From Isurus oxyrinchus (Eukaryota), in contig JANJGN010000018.1 in assembly GCA_026770705.1 (NCBI GenBank), forward strand, positions 80,166,001 through 80,230,000: a stretch of DNA of 64,000 nt, read 5' to 3'. Positions 1 to 13,889 of this stretch are shown here, piece by piece (position 1 is the stretch's first letter; each line of letters opens with the position of its first letter). The notes beneath the pieces are model-generated. The model saw only the letters and a program-made list of their open reading frames with translations, ran no database searches and had not been told where the DNA came from. A program made the position numbers and the translations under genes.

Positions 1-1799
1 GGGGTGCCCTCTCTCCCCTGTCCTGTTTGTGTGTTGCATAGAACCCTTTGCTGAGTCCATCAGGAAGGATCCGGGCATAAGAGGACAGATGATCCCAGGC
101 AGTGGAGGCACTCAGGTCAAAGCCTCCCTGTAAATGGACGATGTCGCCATCTTCTGCTCGGATCCGCTGTCAGTGCGCAGACTGATCCACCTGCGACCAG
201 TTCGAACTGGCTTCGGGAGCCAAGGTAAATTGTGGGAAGAGCGAGGCCATGTTCTTTGGGAACTGGGCTGACCGATCCTTTGTCCCCTTCACTGTCAGGG
301 CTGACGGTCTGAAGGTGCTGGGGATATGGTTCGGAGGGACCGGGGCATGTGTTAGAAACTGGAAGGAGTGAGTGTCTATGGTGCAAAGAAAACTGGACAT
401 ATGGGAGCGACGCTGCCTCTCCATTGCGGGAAAGAACCTGGTCATCAGGTGTGAGGCACTCTTGCTGTTGCTGTACGTGGCGCGGGTCTGGCCCATTCCA
501 GACTCCTTCATGATGGCGATCACCCAAGCCAGCTTTCACTTTATCTGGAGATCGAAAATGGATCGTGTCCACAGGGACGCGATGTACAAGCCTCTAGATA
601 AAGGGGGGAAAAATGTGCCCAACATCGCCCTCATACTGATGGCCACCTTTGTGTGCGGCTGCATCAAGCTGTGCGTAGACCCTCAGTATGCAAACACCAA
701 GTGTCACTATGTGCTGAGGTTCTACCTGTCCCCAGTGTTGCGAAGGATGGGTCTGGCCACGCTGCTGCGGAACGCTCCAAGTAGTTGGACCGTGCCGTAC
801 CACCTGTGTCTCGTGGAAAAATTTATGCAGAGAAACACCTTTGACCACAAGTCCATCTGACAGTGGTCAGCACGTAACGTCTTAGAGACCCTGTGGGAAA
901 AGAAGAGGGTGAATCCTGTGGGATGGTTCCCCGAGCAGACTGTCAAAGTCATTTGGCAGAATGTTTCATCGCCAGAACTTTCCAACAAGCACCAAGATGC
1001 AGCTTGCTGGTGGTGAGAAAGGCCCTCCCCATCAGATCCTTCCAACACGCCAGGAGTCTCACCCCCTCTGCACGTTGCCCTCAAGGTAGCTGTGGTGGGG
1101 ACGAGACCATTGTTCACCTCCTTGTGGATTGTGCCTTTGCAAAGAAGGTCTGGAGAGAGATGCAGTGGTTTCTGTCGAGGTTCATCCCGAGCAGTTCTGT
1201 GACACAGGACTCTGTGCTCTACAGGCTGTTCCCAGGGACACACACCGAGACAAACATCAACTGCAGCTGGAGGATCATCAACTCGGTGAAAGACACTCTT
1301 TGGTCTGCCCAAAGCTTGTTGGTCTTCCAGCACAAAGAGTTGTCCCCGACCAAGTGTTGCAGACTGGCACATTCCAAAGTCTAGGACTATGAGCTGAAGG
1401 ACGCACTAAAGCTTGGGGCAGCCACCGCAAAGGCACAATGGGGAAAGGTGGCTGTCTAAGACCTTCCTGCCATAGTACACCGAGGGGCTGGGAATTGTTT
1501 AAAGCCCCTCAGGCTGGACAGCTCACAATGAATGTATGCATTGAATAATAGTTGTATTATAATTCCATTGAAGCACCTCAGAGTGCAACATGATGTATGC
1601 TGATAACTCCAATACCATTGTCTGATTGTCTGCATTGACCACATTGAAATGATTGTAATATTCATTGATTATATTGAAGCACCTCGTGATCCATGTGTAA
1701 AAGTTGAATGTGATTGTACTTTTGTGATGGTGATTTTGAAATGTTTTGTAATGTTCTTCCAGATATTTTATGAATAAAGTATATTTTTCAAAAAAAAAG
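1..1799 (+). mobile_element. Tx1-like non-LTR retrotransposon, 3' part of ORF2 (RT end, zf-RVT) and 3' UTR; degraded
   Basis: Opens with the GCPLSPVLFVCCIEPFA RT motif and a degenerate YMDD box (TAA ATG GAC GAT, ~131). ORFs 372-860 and 893-1384 contain CPQGSCGGDETIVHLLVDC. AATAAA at ~1773 is followed by an A-tail to 1799. Confidence 0.9.
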
Positions 1800-4435
1800 A
1801 TGCTGGAGCTGCCTTCTTGAGCTGCTGCAGTCGCTGTGATGTAGGTACACCCACAGTGCTGTTAGGAAAGGTGTTACACCATCTTGAGCCAGCAACAGTG
1901 AAGGATCAGTGATATATTTCCAGATCAGGATGGTGAGTGTCTTGGAGAGGAACTCACAGGTGGTGATATTCCCATGGGCAGAATTTTTAGGTCAAGGGCG
2001 GTGGTGGTGGCGTGGGATCGGCCGGGGAAGGGACCGCCAACTGCGATCGGCCCCTAACTGTGATTTCACACCGGCTGCCCAATTAACGGGGAGAGCTGCC
2101 TCCGGGAGCTGAAGATTTGAAAACAATTAAATAAAATTTTTAAAATCAAGAGAAAAGCTCCAAGCATCACAATCAGTCAGCTAAACATATACATGATAAA
2201 CATGCTGCCTATAGATTTTTATTTTTTTAAAATTAGTAATGGAAACCTCATCCCGCCCTTGGATGAGGTTTCATGAAAAATGCAAAGTCCGCCTGGCCGC
2301 TTCACCCATCTGCCAGCCGTAAGGTTGGGAGGCCACAAAATATCTGGGACAATTGCAACTTTAATGACACTAATTGGCCTCTTAATTACCGTTGGGTGTG
2401 CTTCTGATATTTGTGTGCACGCGCTGGCCAAAATATCACACAAGTGTGGGATGACGTCAGGACGCTCGCCCAATGTCATCTTGTTTAATTTTGCGTCCGA
2501 TCAGGTTGGGCGCGTGCCCACCCACCAGCCTAAATATTCTGCACCATGTACCTGCTGCCCTTGTCCTTCTAGATGTAAGTGGTTGTGTGTTTGGAAGGTG
2601 CTGTCTAAGGAGCTTAGGTGAGTTCCTGCAGTGCATCTTGTAGATGGTACATACTGTTCGTCAGTAGTGGAGGGAGTGAATGTTTGTAGAAGGGGTGCCA
2701 ATCAAGCGGACTGCTTTGTCCTGAATGGTGTCAAACTTCTTGAGTGCTGTTGAAGCTGCACTCATCCAGGCAAGCGGGGACTATTCCATCACACTCTTGA
2801 TTTATGCCTTGTAGATGGCAAATGAGCTTTGGGGAGTCAGGAGTTAAGTTATTCGCCACAAGATTCACAAGCCACTGACCTGCTCCTGTAGCTACAGTGT
2901 TTATATGGCTAGTCTAGTTCAGTTTCTGGTCAATGGTAATCCCTAGGATGTTGATAGTGGGGGATTCAGTGATGGTAATGCCATTGAATGTCAAGAGGTG
3001 ATGGTTAGATTCTCTCTTGTTGGAGATGGTCAGTGCCTGGAACTTGTGTGGCATGAATGTTACTTGCCATTTGTCAGCCCAAGCCTGGATATTGTCCAGG
3101 TCTTGCTGGATTTGGACATACATTGCATCAGTGCCTGAGGAGTCACGAATGGTGCTGAGCATTGTGCAATAATCAGCAAATATCCCCACTTCTGTCCTTA
3201 CGGTGGAGGGGAAGGTGTTTGATGAAGCAGCTGAAGATGGTGGGACCTAGGACACCAGCCTGGGCAACTCCTGCAGTGATATTGCAGCACCACCAACCAC
3301 AACCACCTTGCGAGGTATAACTCCAAACAGTGCAGAGTTTTCCTCCTGATTCGCATTGACTCCAGTTTTGCCAAGGCTCCTTGATGTCACACTCAGTCAA
3401 ATGCTGCCTTGATGTCAATGGAAGTCACTCTCACCTCATCTCGGGAGTTCAGCTGTTTTGTCCATAGTTGAACCAAGGCTGTAATGAGGTCACGAGCTGA
3501 ATGACCCTGGTGGAACCCAATCTGAGCATTGGTGAGCAGGTTATAGCTAAGCAAGTGCCACTTTGATATCACTGTTGATGACCCCTTCCATTTCTTTCCT
3601 GATAATTAAGAGTAGACTGATGGGGCAGTAATTGGCTTGGTTGGATTTTTCCTGCTTTTTGTGTACAGGACATACCTGGGCAATTTTCTACATTGCCGAG
3701 TAGATGCCAATGTTGTAGCTGTATTGGAACAGCTTGGCTAGGGGCACGCAAGTTCTGGAGCACAAGGCTTCAGTACTATTGCTGGAACGTTGTCAGGGCC
3801 ATAGCCATTGCAATATTCAATGCCTCCAACTGTTTCTTGATATGATGTGGAGTGAATTGAATTGACAGAAGACTGGCATCGGTGATGCTGGGGACCTCCA
3901 GAGGAGGCCAAGGTGGATCATCCACTCGGCACCTTTGGCTGGAGATTGTTGCGAATGCTTCAGCCTCATCTTTTGCACTGGTGAACTGGGCTCCTCCATC
4001 ACTGAGGATAGAGACATTTGTGGAGACCCCTCCTCCAGTGAATTGTTTAATTGTCCACTGCCATTCATGACTGGATGTGGCAGAACTACAGAGCTTAGGT
4101 CTGATCCATTGGTTTTGGAATCACTTAGCTCTGTCTATTGCTTGCTAATTCCACTGTTTGGCATGCAAGTAGTCCTGTGTTGTAGCTTCACCAGGCTGAC
4201 ACCTCATTTTTAGTATGCCTGGTACTGCTCCAGGAATGGTAGAGTGGGGGATGTGCCAGGCAGTGATGTTACAGTTTGGGCTTGAGTTCAATTCTGCTGC
4301 TACTGATGGCCCACAGCACCTCATGTTTGCCCAGTCTTGAGTTCCTAGATCTGTCCGAAATCTATCCTATTTCGCATGATAGTAGAACCACACAACACGA
4401 TGGAGGGTATCATTAATGTGAAGCTGGGACTTTGC
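1800..4435 (-). mobile_element. CR1/Jockey-group LINE fragment (same family as 39922-42095), interrupted by a MITE and a Gypsy element; resumes at ~7512-7556
   Basis: Minus ORFs give FADYCT...DLDNIQAWADKWQVTF (2914-3189) and GVAQAGVLGPTIFSCFIK. The sequence matches the plus-strand copy at 40.2-42.1 kb. Confidence 0.88.
1976..2544. mobile_element. PIF/Harbinger-type MITE
   Basis: TIR-like ends GGGCAGAATTTTT...AATATTCTGCAC. CAT is duplicated at 1973-1975 and 2545-2547, and the host LINE reads through once the insert is removed. Confidence 0.85.
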
Positions 4436-7400
4436 CCTGAAAAAGATAAAGTGGTTGTAATAACTTCCCAGAATGAACAGCTTTCAACTAGAAATAGCTA
4501 ACTTTATTCTGATAACCTCTTCATTCCTGATTTGAATGTTTGGCCAGCTCTCTCAGCTAAATCATTTGATGAAGGATGGTATGGTGCTGTTTTGATATGT
4601 TTGATTCCTTTCTGATTCATGAAGTTTTGAAACTCTGCACTGGTAAAAATAGTACCGTTATCAGAAACGGTGATTTCAGGTAGGCCAAAAGTGCTAAAAC
4701 AATGAGGAAGCTTTTCAATAGTTTCACTTGATGCCCATGATCTTATTTCATACATGTACATCCATCCATTTAGAATGTGCATTGATAATCAACAAAAAGT
4801 TAGTACCTAAGAATGGCCCAAGTAGTCAATGTGTAGTCTAACTCAGGGTCGACCAGGCCGCTCCCACGGATGCAGGGGAGTTGAAACAGGCAATTTCCAT
4901 TGTTGCTGATAATGTGGACAGTGCTTGACCATGCACTCAATTTCACCAATGCCTGGCCACCAGATGTAGCTTCGCAAAAGCATTTTCATCTTTGAAATGC
5001 CTGGATGCGCACTGTGAAGGTTCTATTACAAGTGATCCTCTGCCTCATGAAGGGACAACAAATCTTGATCCCCACAATAAGGTTCCATCTTGACACCTTA
5101 ACTTTGTTTTCCAGGCATGGAGTGATCTCATCTTTTCAGACACTGGTGAATCTGACCACACCTACAATACCAGGTCTCTGACTCGACAAAATTGGATCTT
5201 TGTTTGTCCAATTTCTAATCTACTTCGTGCACACCGGTGAAGAATCCAAGAAGTTCAACACTAGCACGACTCCTTGTGTCACAGGACCATGTGCAATGTT
5301 ATCTGTCAATGGGAGGTGACTGAGTGCATCTGCATGCGCAATGTGTAAGCCCAAAAGGGGTATGACAGTGCACTCGTACGTAAATAAAATTAAAGCCCAA
5401 TGTTGTGTTTGTGTTGAAGCAATTGGTGGAATTGCCTTACCCTCACTGAATAAATCCCTTCATGGGTTTTTTGTATGTTTGCGGCATCCAATCCTCTTCA
5501 TTTTAGCTCCTTGAGCTTCAATGTCAGATTAGCCTTTTCTAATCTGATTTCTGTCTTTTCCTTTTCTGTTTGCTGCCAAATTTTGCCTTGTCTTCCATTT
5601 TGATTTCACAGTCAACCAGTCTCTTTCTGGTGAAATCTTGATTTGCTTTGGTTCGGTAGTTCAGCTACCCATGGTTTCATTTTCCAATGGCATCTTGGGA
5701 AGCTCTATGACCCTACCTTTCAATGCCTCTTTGACTTCATTCAGCTGATTCTCCAGCTCTTCAGTCTCTTCCTTGTATCTTCTTGTTTCTTCCTGGAATA
5801 TAGAACATTGCTGAATCTTCTCTGCCAACTGTTTCTTCAGTTTGTTCAGAGTGGCACTAAGTTCATTCTGTTTTGCTCCATGTTTTTCTAGAGGAACTAA
5901 CACTGACCTGAAGGATCCTTGCAGCATGTGAAGGTCCTTCAATTCTCTTAACTCATCTCCTAATACACTGTCGTATTTCTTTAACAGCTCAGGAAATCCT
6001 CCTGTCCTCAGGTGGAATATCTTGGACCAATTAAGCTTGATTTTGTTTGTAACCAGCCGGGACCTAGAAGACTAGGTCCTTTTCCATCAAACTAGCTGGG
6101 CTGTCTGCTGCTGGTAAGAGACTGGTACTGAGGGGATGCTTCTTACTTGGATTGATCTCCAGTGTATGTCTTTAATTTCACAGTTGTCCACTCAAGGGTT
6201 AAAAGCTGAGTACCTTCATTAAGGTATTCGAAAATATGTTCTCCCACCACTGTTGTTGAGGGTCCTGTGTCCACCTCCATTATGAGTGGTTTCTCATTAG
6301 CTTTGACAGTTACAGTGATATGTTCAGCCTTTACGAGGTTACTTTGTACAGGGAATAGATGTCGATGTCAGCAGCTTCAGGGTCTGCTGTATTTTTTAAT
6401 TCAATCATGTTAGTTTGCTGCTTCACGGCCTTTTTTGACTTCGCCCTGCATTGTCTTACTACGAGACCTCTCTATGGCATTCAGCCTCTTTGAATCTGCA
6501 GGTGTCTGGTTTGTGGTCACCCCCACATCAGTAACATTGTAAACTCTGAGTTGCTGCCGAAGTGTTTCCAGTAGGCCGTTTCATGCTGCTGACAGTGGAC
6601 ATTGCATCTTGCTTCAGTGTTGCGGATCTGGTTTTGCGCAATGATCAGTGATAGGTACCCACCCTTCATGAAGAAGAGCAGCATGTTATATGTGCTGCAA
6701 AACGTTCAGGTCTCTCGCAGCACTTTCCATGGCGAGGGGGATATCTAGAGCACGTCAATTTTAGCGAGTAAACGGCACTGATTGGGGTTCTCCTGAACTC
6801 CACAAACTAAATGGTCTCTCAACATCTCATTCAATGTGTCCCTGAAGTTGCATTGCTCTGTCAACTGTTTAAGGTTCGCTACATAGGCTGCGATGGATGC
6901 TCCTGGGGCCCTAATTCTATAATTAAACTTAAAACACTGCATTATTACAGGTGGCTTCGGCTGGAAATGCATTTTTATGAGGTCCACTAATTCATTTTAG
7001 GACTTAGAATGGGGTACACTCGGGGCCTACATGTTGTGAATAAGATTGTATGTCTTGCTCCCACATGCACTCTAAAGGAGAGCTTTCTGCTTTGCCTCTG
7101 CAGTAATTACGTTCACTATGAAATAAAAATCAAGGCGCTCTACATGCTGTCTCCAGTCTTCCGAATCCGCATCGTAAGGATCAATTCTGTGCAAAAGTGT
7201 CATGACTGGTGAGCAGTCTTTTCTTTATCTTTAGACTCGATAACCTCACGTTAAGCAGGCAAGTTGCCGCGTTGGAGCTATTCATCTTTGTCGTCAGATG
7301 TAATAACATCATAGAATGAATAGGCTTCAAATAGAAACTGTTGACTTTTATTACAGAGAACTTTTTAGGTGTTACATGCTTGAACCATGACCATCGACAG

Positions 7401-7511
7401 GAAGTCCCACCACCCAATTTGCCCATGCTTAGGACTCATTGCTCAGAGGCTTCAAGATGTCACACGATCCTTGATTGACAGCAGGAGAGACTATATCTTA
7501 TAGTTGTTACA
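4436..7511 (-). mobile_element. Gypsy (Mag/K02A2.6-like) LTR retrotransposon remnant: 5' LTR, gag, protease, RNase H tail, integrase; RT absent
   Basis: Gag ORF 6745-6987 (LKQLTEQCNFRDTLNEMLRDHLVCGV), protease MEVDTGP near 6270, integrase ORF 4504-4782 (FGLPEITVSDNG...APYHPSSNDLAERAGQTFK). Confidence 0.88.
7299..7511 (-). repeat. 5' LTR of the Gypsy remnant with degenerate tRNA-Ser(GCU) primer-binding site
   Basis: Inverted ends TGTAA...TTACA and minus-strand AATAAA at ~7347-7352. The adjacent minus-strand TGACGACAAAGATG resembles the PBS TGGCGACGAGGATG. Confidence 0.75.
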
Positions 7512-8183
7512 GTGGTGGTCACTCCTACTGATACCGTCATGAACAGATGCATCTGTACCATGTGAATTGTGAATTGCCCCAAGCAACTTGAAGCATTTCT
7601 CACATATCAGAAGCAGTTGAGACAATTGCTCCGGGCCCATTCTGACATTGACCCAAAACCTAACCCTGATTCCTGCTCTGTCTCACTCTGCGCATTGCTT
7701 CCCTTCCCAGCTCTAGCTTCCAATTTCTCTCCTTCACATGCATTGCTGCAGCTCTCAGGCCACTATCACCATCCAGCCTTGCCGTCTCCCCGATTGGCTT
7801 GTGTATCAGCATCTGACCCAATCAATGTCATCAACAATTTTGGATTTCAAAACAGTTAAAATAAATCAGAAATGAGAAGCATGCAAAATAATGGGAGACA
7901 CTTAAGGGAACAGAGAAAGCTTGTGGAAAAAGATAGGCTGTTTAAGGAAAACAAAGAGTGAAATTCTTACTTTGGTGACTCAATAACAGTGATGTTCAAC
8001 ATCGTATCTGTTCCCACAGGGCAAGCTTCTAATCTCTGTTAGCTCAGTTAGATAGAATTATTTCAGAGAGAGAGAATGTGGTTTGCTATTTGAAATGATG
8101 TGCCCCCACCCCAGCTTCATATCCATTAACATCAGCAACTTTATGGCTTAGCATGTTAAATAATGTTATCTTTTCTGTTTTAG

Positions 8184-8719
<536 letters not shown>

Positions 8720-9399
8720 ATACTGTATTGGATCTGTTTCAACTAGATTTTGGTTATCATATGATTCAAAATTTAAATTATAGGAAATATCTCTTTAGGG
8801 CACTAAATTGGTTTCCATAACGTCACTGCTGCTGGTAGTATGGCAGCCCTGAAGGCATACAATGGTGTGACCATGTCTGGCATGGACCATGTCTGGCAAG
8901 TCCCAAGCTGTAACCCATTTTGGGATGGGCGTTAGCGCACACGTGCTGTCTGTGGGCTGGAAATCTGAGGAGACTAACTATCATGGTGACAGAACCGTTG
9001 TGAAGTGACACTTGGTCTGCCCATGCCCACTGAATGCCTGTGCAATTGGCTCACAACTGTACAGGCATTCAGCAACATGAGGACCCCCTCCCCACTGCAC
9101 GCCCCTACACCCCACCCTGACTCCACTTATGTTAGTTATAGGGCCAGCTACCAACTTCCAGGCAAAGTGCATTTGACTTCGTTCTACCCACACAAAGCCA
9201 TTGGAAGTTCTGTGGATTGTGTTTTGGACAAATGCTGCGTATATTCAGAGAGATATCAGGATTTGGTGACCCAATTATACCTGTTGTATGGGGGCTATGG
9301 TTGCTGTGTCTCTGGGTCTGCAACATGACCAGAAAATGGAGCCAAGGCTGCAGAAAGAGGAAGCATGTGAAGAGGGAGGAGAAGGAGGGCTCTCCACGG

Positions 9400-10010
9400 G
9401 GCTTTTCATGAGCATTTGTCCTGCTTTCCACCTCATCCATAAACAATGCCTGAAGTGAATCAGGTCCAACAAGGAGATTAGTGACAGAGCAGTGCCACCT
9501 CCAACCCGACCTAGAGCCTTGCACCAGGGTGAAGATGGCACTGCCAGCGGCTGTAAAAATTGGACTTTTAAGTGTCCGGAATTTTCTGGGTAGGAGCGGA
9601 TAACATTTTCAACATCTCCCGTAATCAGACCATCTGGGAGGTGACTGAAGCCATTGATACCAGGAAAGCTGAGTGCATCATTTTGTCCCTCAGCTGGTAG
9701 AAGCAGGATGAGAGGGCATGTGGCATTGCCTTGATGGTGGGATTTCCAACGGATCAGAGCACTAATAGTTGTACACATGTGGGCCCCCATGACAATGTGG
9801 AGAGGAACTGGAACCACAAGGGTGACCATTCTAACGATGTACAGTTTGTGTGTGACCATGTACATCATGTCAGTGAATGCCCACTATCCTGGCAGAAGCC
9901 ATGTCTGCTGTCCCCACTATCTTTGCCCTTCATGGAGAAGCAGGTGGTGTCTCCTCAGGACAATGGCTGCCCTCTCTACAGGTGGCTAATGACACTTGAG
10001 ATGTTGCACT
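9400..10010 (+). mobile_element. Degraded Harbinger DDE transposase (HARBI1-like) of an old PIF/Harbinger element spanning ~8800-11590
   Basis: ORF 9731-10012 GFPTDQSTNSCTHVG...NHKGDHSNDVQFVCDH matches the Harbinger motifs GFPxVQGAIDCTHV and NRKGxHSINVQLVCDH. Confidence 0.75.
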
Positions 10011-10699
10011 GAGATTTTGGATTCCTTCCACCTGTGCTGCAGTGGAAGCTGCAGTTACCATCCTCTGCATCACAGCTGGGACCACTAGTGCTATCATGGA
10101 GTTGGCCACCACTTTCACAGTGGAAAGGATATGCTCCAAGCTCTAGGTGATGCCCTCTGCCACCTCAACAGTGACAAGAGGCCAGTACACCGAGCATTCA
10201 GTGTGCATGCTCATCAGCATTTTCTGTAGACCATCTGTAGACCATCCCATCAATGTCCTCATAAGAATCCTCTGCAGCAGAACTCGAGTGTGACTTTGCC
10301 CTCCAGTGAGGTGGCACATTCACTGCCCTTTCCCCTTGGCCTCACTGTAACCCACTTGTGCTCAGTGACTCACCATGTACTGATCTGGAATCTGTATTAA
10401 CCTCTGATGTATGTGCAGTCCCAGTATCTGCGTTGGTGCCTGTCAGTGACAGACTAAGTGATGGTGTCACCTCATCGATGGTGTGGATTTGCTGTCTCTC
10501 TTCCTCCTGGGTGCGCTGTGGCTGGGCTGGTCACAGTTTTTGGGAATCTGAAAGCGTAAATCAGAAGGGGGTCTTTGGGGTGTGGAAGGTGGGTGATAGG
10601 GTGGAAAGCAAGAGGTCCATGGTCACACCATCAGCAGCTTGCACATCAGGTCAGAGAGCAGGATGAGGGTGAGGTGACGTTTGAGAAGGACCATAAGGC

Positions 10700-11345
10700 A
10701 GCAACATGAATTATCTTGGTGATGCTGGATGTTACGCTCTCTGTTGCAGCCGGCCCCCATGATACGGAGCACCATCTCCTCCATCAAGCTCCGTAGATGA
10801 AGTTGTACCTGGCTCCCACTGCTTCTCTTTTGCTCCCTGCTGTTGTACATGACTTGTCGTACAAGAAAGGGAACGATGTCAGTGATTGTATTGCGCTGTG
10901 TTTGGGTGTTATGCCTGCCGCAGGTGAATAGCTGGAGGTTTGTGGAGATGACGTGAGGTGGCTGAGAGTCTGGGATCTATAGAAGGCTCATGAAACTATT
11001 GTTGAAGTATGTAAATGTTGGGCATGAGTTCTCAGTGCCAGGGAGTCCTGCCGGGTGAGTGGTGGGTGTGTGGTACATTGAACAGTATGAGAAGTGAGTT
11101 ATTTAGTAGGCAGGAGATGACATGTGCAGATGCATTGACCTTGACCACTAGTGTGAGGACATTAAATTTATCCTGACATTGCTGCCAGGTTGTAGGGGAA
11201 TTGACCTTCCTGAACACCTGCTCCCTCTCATTTCAGGGGCATCATTGAGGGTCTCCTGGCCTCCCAACGAAACATGGCCTCTCTCCTCTGTCCACCTCCT
11301 TGACCAATGTCTCCAGTGCAGAGCCATCTCTCTGTCCTGGTGCTC
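10700..11345 (-). mobile_element. Degraded Myb/SANT-like accessory gene of the same Harbinger element
   Basis: ORF 11032-11217 VNSPTTWQQCQDKFNVLTLVVK resembles the Myb/SANT helix 3 motif (QCRKKFNDL). It is convergent with the transposase, as at 53-57 kb. Confidence 0.65.
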
Positions 11346-11744
11346 TATTTATTATCAGTGGCAGCACTGGTATTCAGCAGCATTCTCCTGTATTTCATTG
11401 CAGCTTCCTTTCAGGAGGGTCAAATTTGCTGTAAGAGCAGGGAAGTAGCACTTGCTGCCTCACATGCTGTTAAGCTTCCTGTTGTGTGAGCAGCCAGTCA
11501 GAAGCTGGACTGCAAGCAGAAATCATTCTAATGAGGAGGCAGCATGATGCTTCCCCTGCACCCAAAAACACACAACAACAAATTTTTACCTGATGGGCTT
11601 TTGAAACTATGTAAAATTAAGGTGAATTTTTAAACATAGATACATGATGCCATTTTAAAATGACTGTAATATTCTCTTCAAAGGAGCATAAAGAGAGACT
11701 GAGCCTCTGTTCCAATTTTTGCAGAGGCTGCTCCTTAACTTCTG

Positions 11745-12152
11745 TTTGCACTTTAGCCCCACGCCCTCGATCTTTGGTCGACTGGTGATGTGGAGTGGGC
11801 AGGGTGGGGGTCCTCCTTGTAACCCTGATCCTGGGCTGGCCAAGGAGGTCATCAAAAGGTCCAGGCAGTGGACAATCCGGGGGGTGAGGGGAGGCGGGGT
11901 CATTTGGCCCAACTGCCCCCTTCTGCAACTATGTTAGTGCCTGGGTGATCTTAGAGAGGGAGCATGCAGTGTCCGCCGGTATGCTTAAGACCTTCCACAT
12001 TGGGTGGGCACCACAGGGGTTGGAATGCATCATTTATCCCAGAAACTACATTTTAATTTAATTGTTACATTTCAGTTGAAGATTTTGTTTTTGGTTCCAG
12101 TGCCCCTTTAAGGGGTTGATCACTAGTTAATTAGTTTATTAGATAATTTGTT
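11745..12152 (+). mobile_element. 5'-truncated Tx1-like LINE 3' end
   Basis: Encodes LVTLILGLAKEVIKRSRQW, like the Tx1 ORF2 C-terminus. TTAACTTCTG is duplicated at 11735-11744 and 12153-12162 (10-bp TSD). Confidence 0.7.
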
Positions 12153-12569
12153 TTAACTTCTGCTCAAAAGGACATAAAGCGAGACTGCTGGGACGCAGTA
12201 GGCAAACAGTAGACATATGTGCTGCTGCATTCTGTAAATAAATCAATTATCAAAAAAAGGATTTGCATCTAGCTTCATAATTCACCATCTGGCCTGGGTC
12301 CCATTTATCATGGGAGTAATCATTGCAATTAAATGATTTTTATTTTATACAACGGATCTATTATTAGTTATCATATTAATACTGTTACCTTTAGTAAAAA
12401 AGTGATTACTTAGTTAATGTTAACTTTAATAAAATATCTTCATACAGAATCTTGCCATCTGAACTCTGTCTTTTGCACAATAGTCACAGCTTACATGTGA
12501 TATCCCTGTATATGCAGCAAGAGGAGTAGCTGAACCTCTTGTGCAATGATTATGTTATCGTTAGTGTCA

Positions 12570-13880
12570 AAGCAGGAGCATTAGAGGATGTGAATACAGG
12601 ATATGAGAAACATTCAAAACAACTTTCGAGACCAATATGTTGAGAAACCAACTAAAGAACAGGTTATTTTAGACCTAATATTGAGCAGAGACTTGGTTAA
12701 TTAGTCACCTTACAGTAAAGGAAATGGCAGAGGCATTAAACAATTATTTTGTATCTTTCTTCATGGTAGAAAAAAACAAAGAACATATTGGAAATTATGG
12801 GGAATCAAGGGCCTAATGTGTCTGAGAATCTCAAAATAATTAATATTGGTAAAGAAAAAGTGCTGGAGAAATCAATTGGACTAAAATCTGACAAATTCCT
12901 CACACCAGATGGCCTACACGTGAGGGTTTTCAAAGAGGCAGCTGCAGAGAACGTGGATGCATTGGGTTTGACTCTCCTGAATTCCTTCAGTTTTAGAAAG
13001 GTCCCCATGGATTTGAAGGAATCAGATATACACCCATTTTCAAGAGAGGAAGGAGTGAGAATCCAGGGAACTGTAGGCTAGTTAACCTGACATCAGCAGA
13101 AGGGAAAGTACTAGAATCAATTATGTGCTAACAGGGCATTTGGGAAATCACAATATGATTTGGTAGAGTCAATGTGATCTTATAAAATAGAAATCGGATT
13201 TGACCAATCTATTAGAATTTTCTGAGGGTGTAACTAGCAGGGTAGATAAAGGAGAGCTAATGGACATAGTGTCTTTGTCAGAAAGAATTTTGGCAAAATG
13301 CCAAATGTTACCTGAGATTAGGACTCATGGGATTGTGGTTAATATGCACGGAATGAAGATTGGGTTAATGAACAAAAAAACGAAGAGTAGGAATAAGCGA
13401 GGATCCGTACTTGGGCCTTGACTTTTTCAATCTAACTCAATGAACTGGATGAGGGGACCAAATGTAAAATATCCAAGTAAGCTGTGAGGAAGACTCAAAG
13501 AGGCTGCAGAGGGATAGAGACAGGTTAAGTGAGTGAGGAACTAGGGGGCATATTGGGTAAAATGTGGGGATGTGTGAGGTTATTGACTGTGGTAAAGAAA
13601 GCAAGAAGGACTGGCCTTTCACCTCAGGTTGTTCCAAAGCACATTTCAGCCAGTGAAGTATTTTTCAAATGTAGCCACTGTTACAATGATAGGAAGAATG
13701 GAAACGCAGAATCCTTTTTAAAAGGTGACAGACTAGTAAATTCTTATATTTGGAGGGATTTGGGTGTTCTTATACGTGAATCATGAATGTTAACATGCAG
13801 GTAAAGCCAGAAATTAATAAGGTAAATGGCATATTAGCATTTATTGCAAGGGGGTTACGCTGCAAGAGTAATGAAGCAAC
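12570..13880 (+). mobile_element. Degraded CR1 LINE fragments
   Basis: ORFs contain LKSDKFLTPDGLHVRVFKE, MTNLLEFSEGVTSRVDKGELMDIV and INKVNGILAFIARG. Confidence 0.8.
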
Positions 13881-13889
13881 AAGAACCGC

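Noticed and set aside
7281-7298. G-to-A changes in primer-binding sites as APOBEC-type editing
   Set aside because: There are too few sites and no consensus to compare with; ordinary transition decay explains them.
7965-8000. FGDS as the NXPE catalytic GDST exon
   Set aside because: The flanking residues (ITVMFN) do not resemble GDSTxRQW, and there is an in-frame stop just upstream.
11610-12310. Possible solo LTR hosting the Tx1 fragment
   Set aside because: It has TG...CA-like ends and AATAAA, but I found no TSD, PBS or second copy, so it is not listed as a feature.
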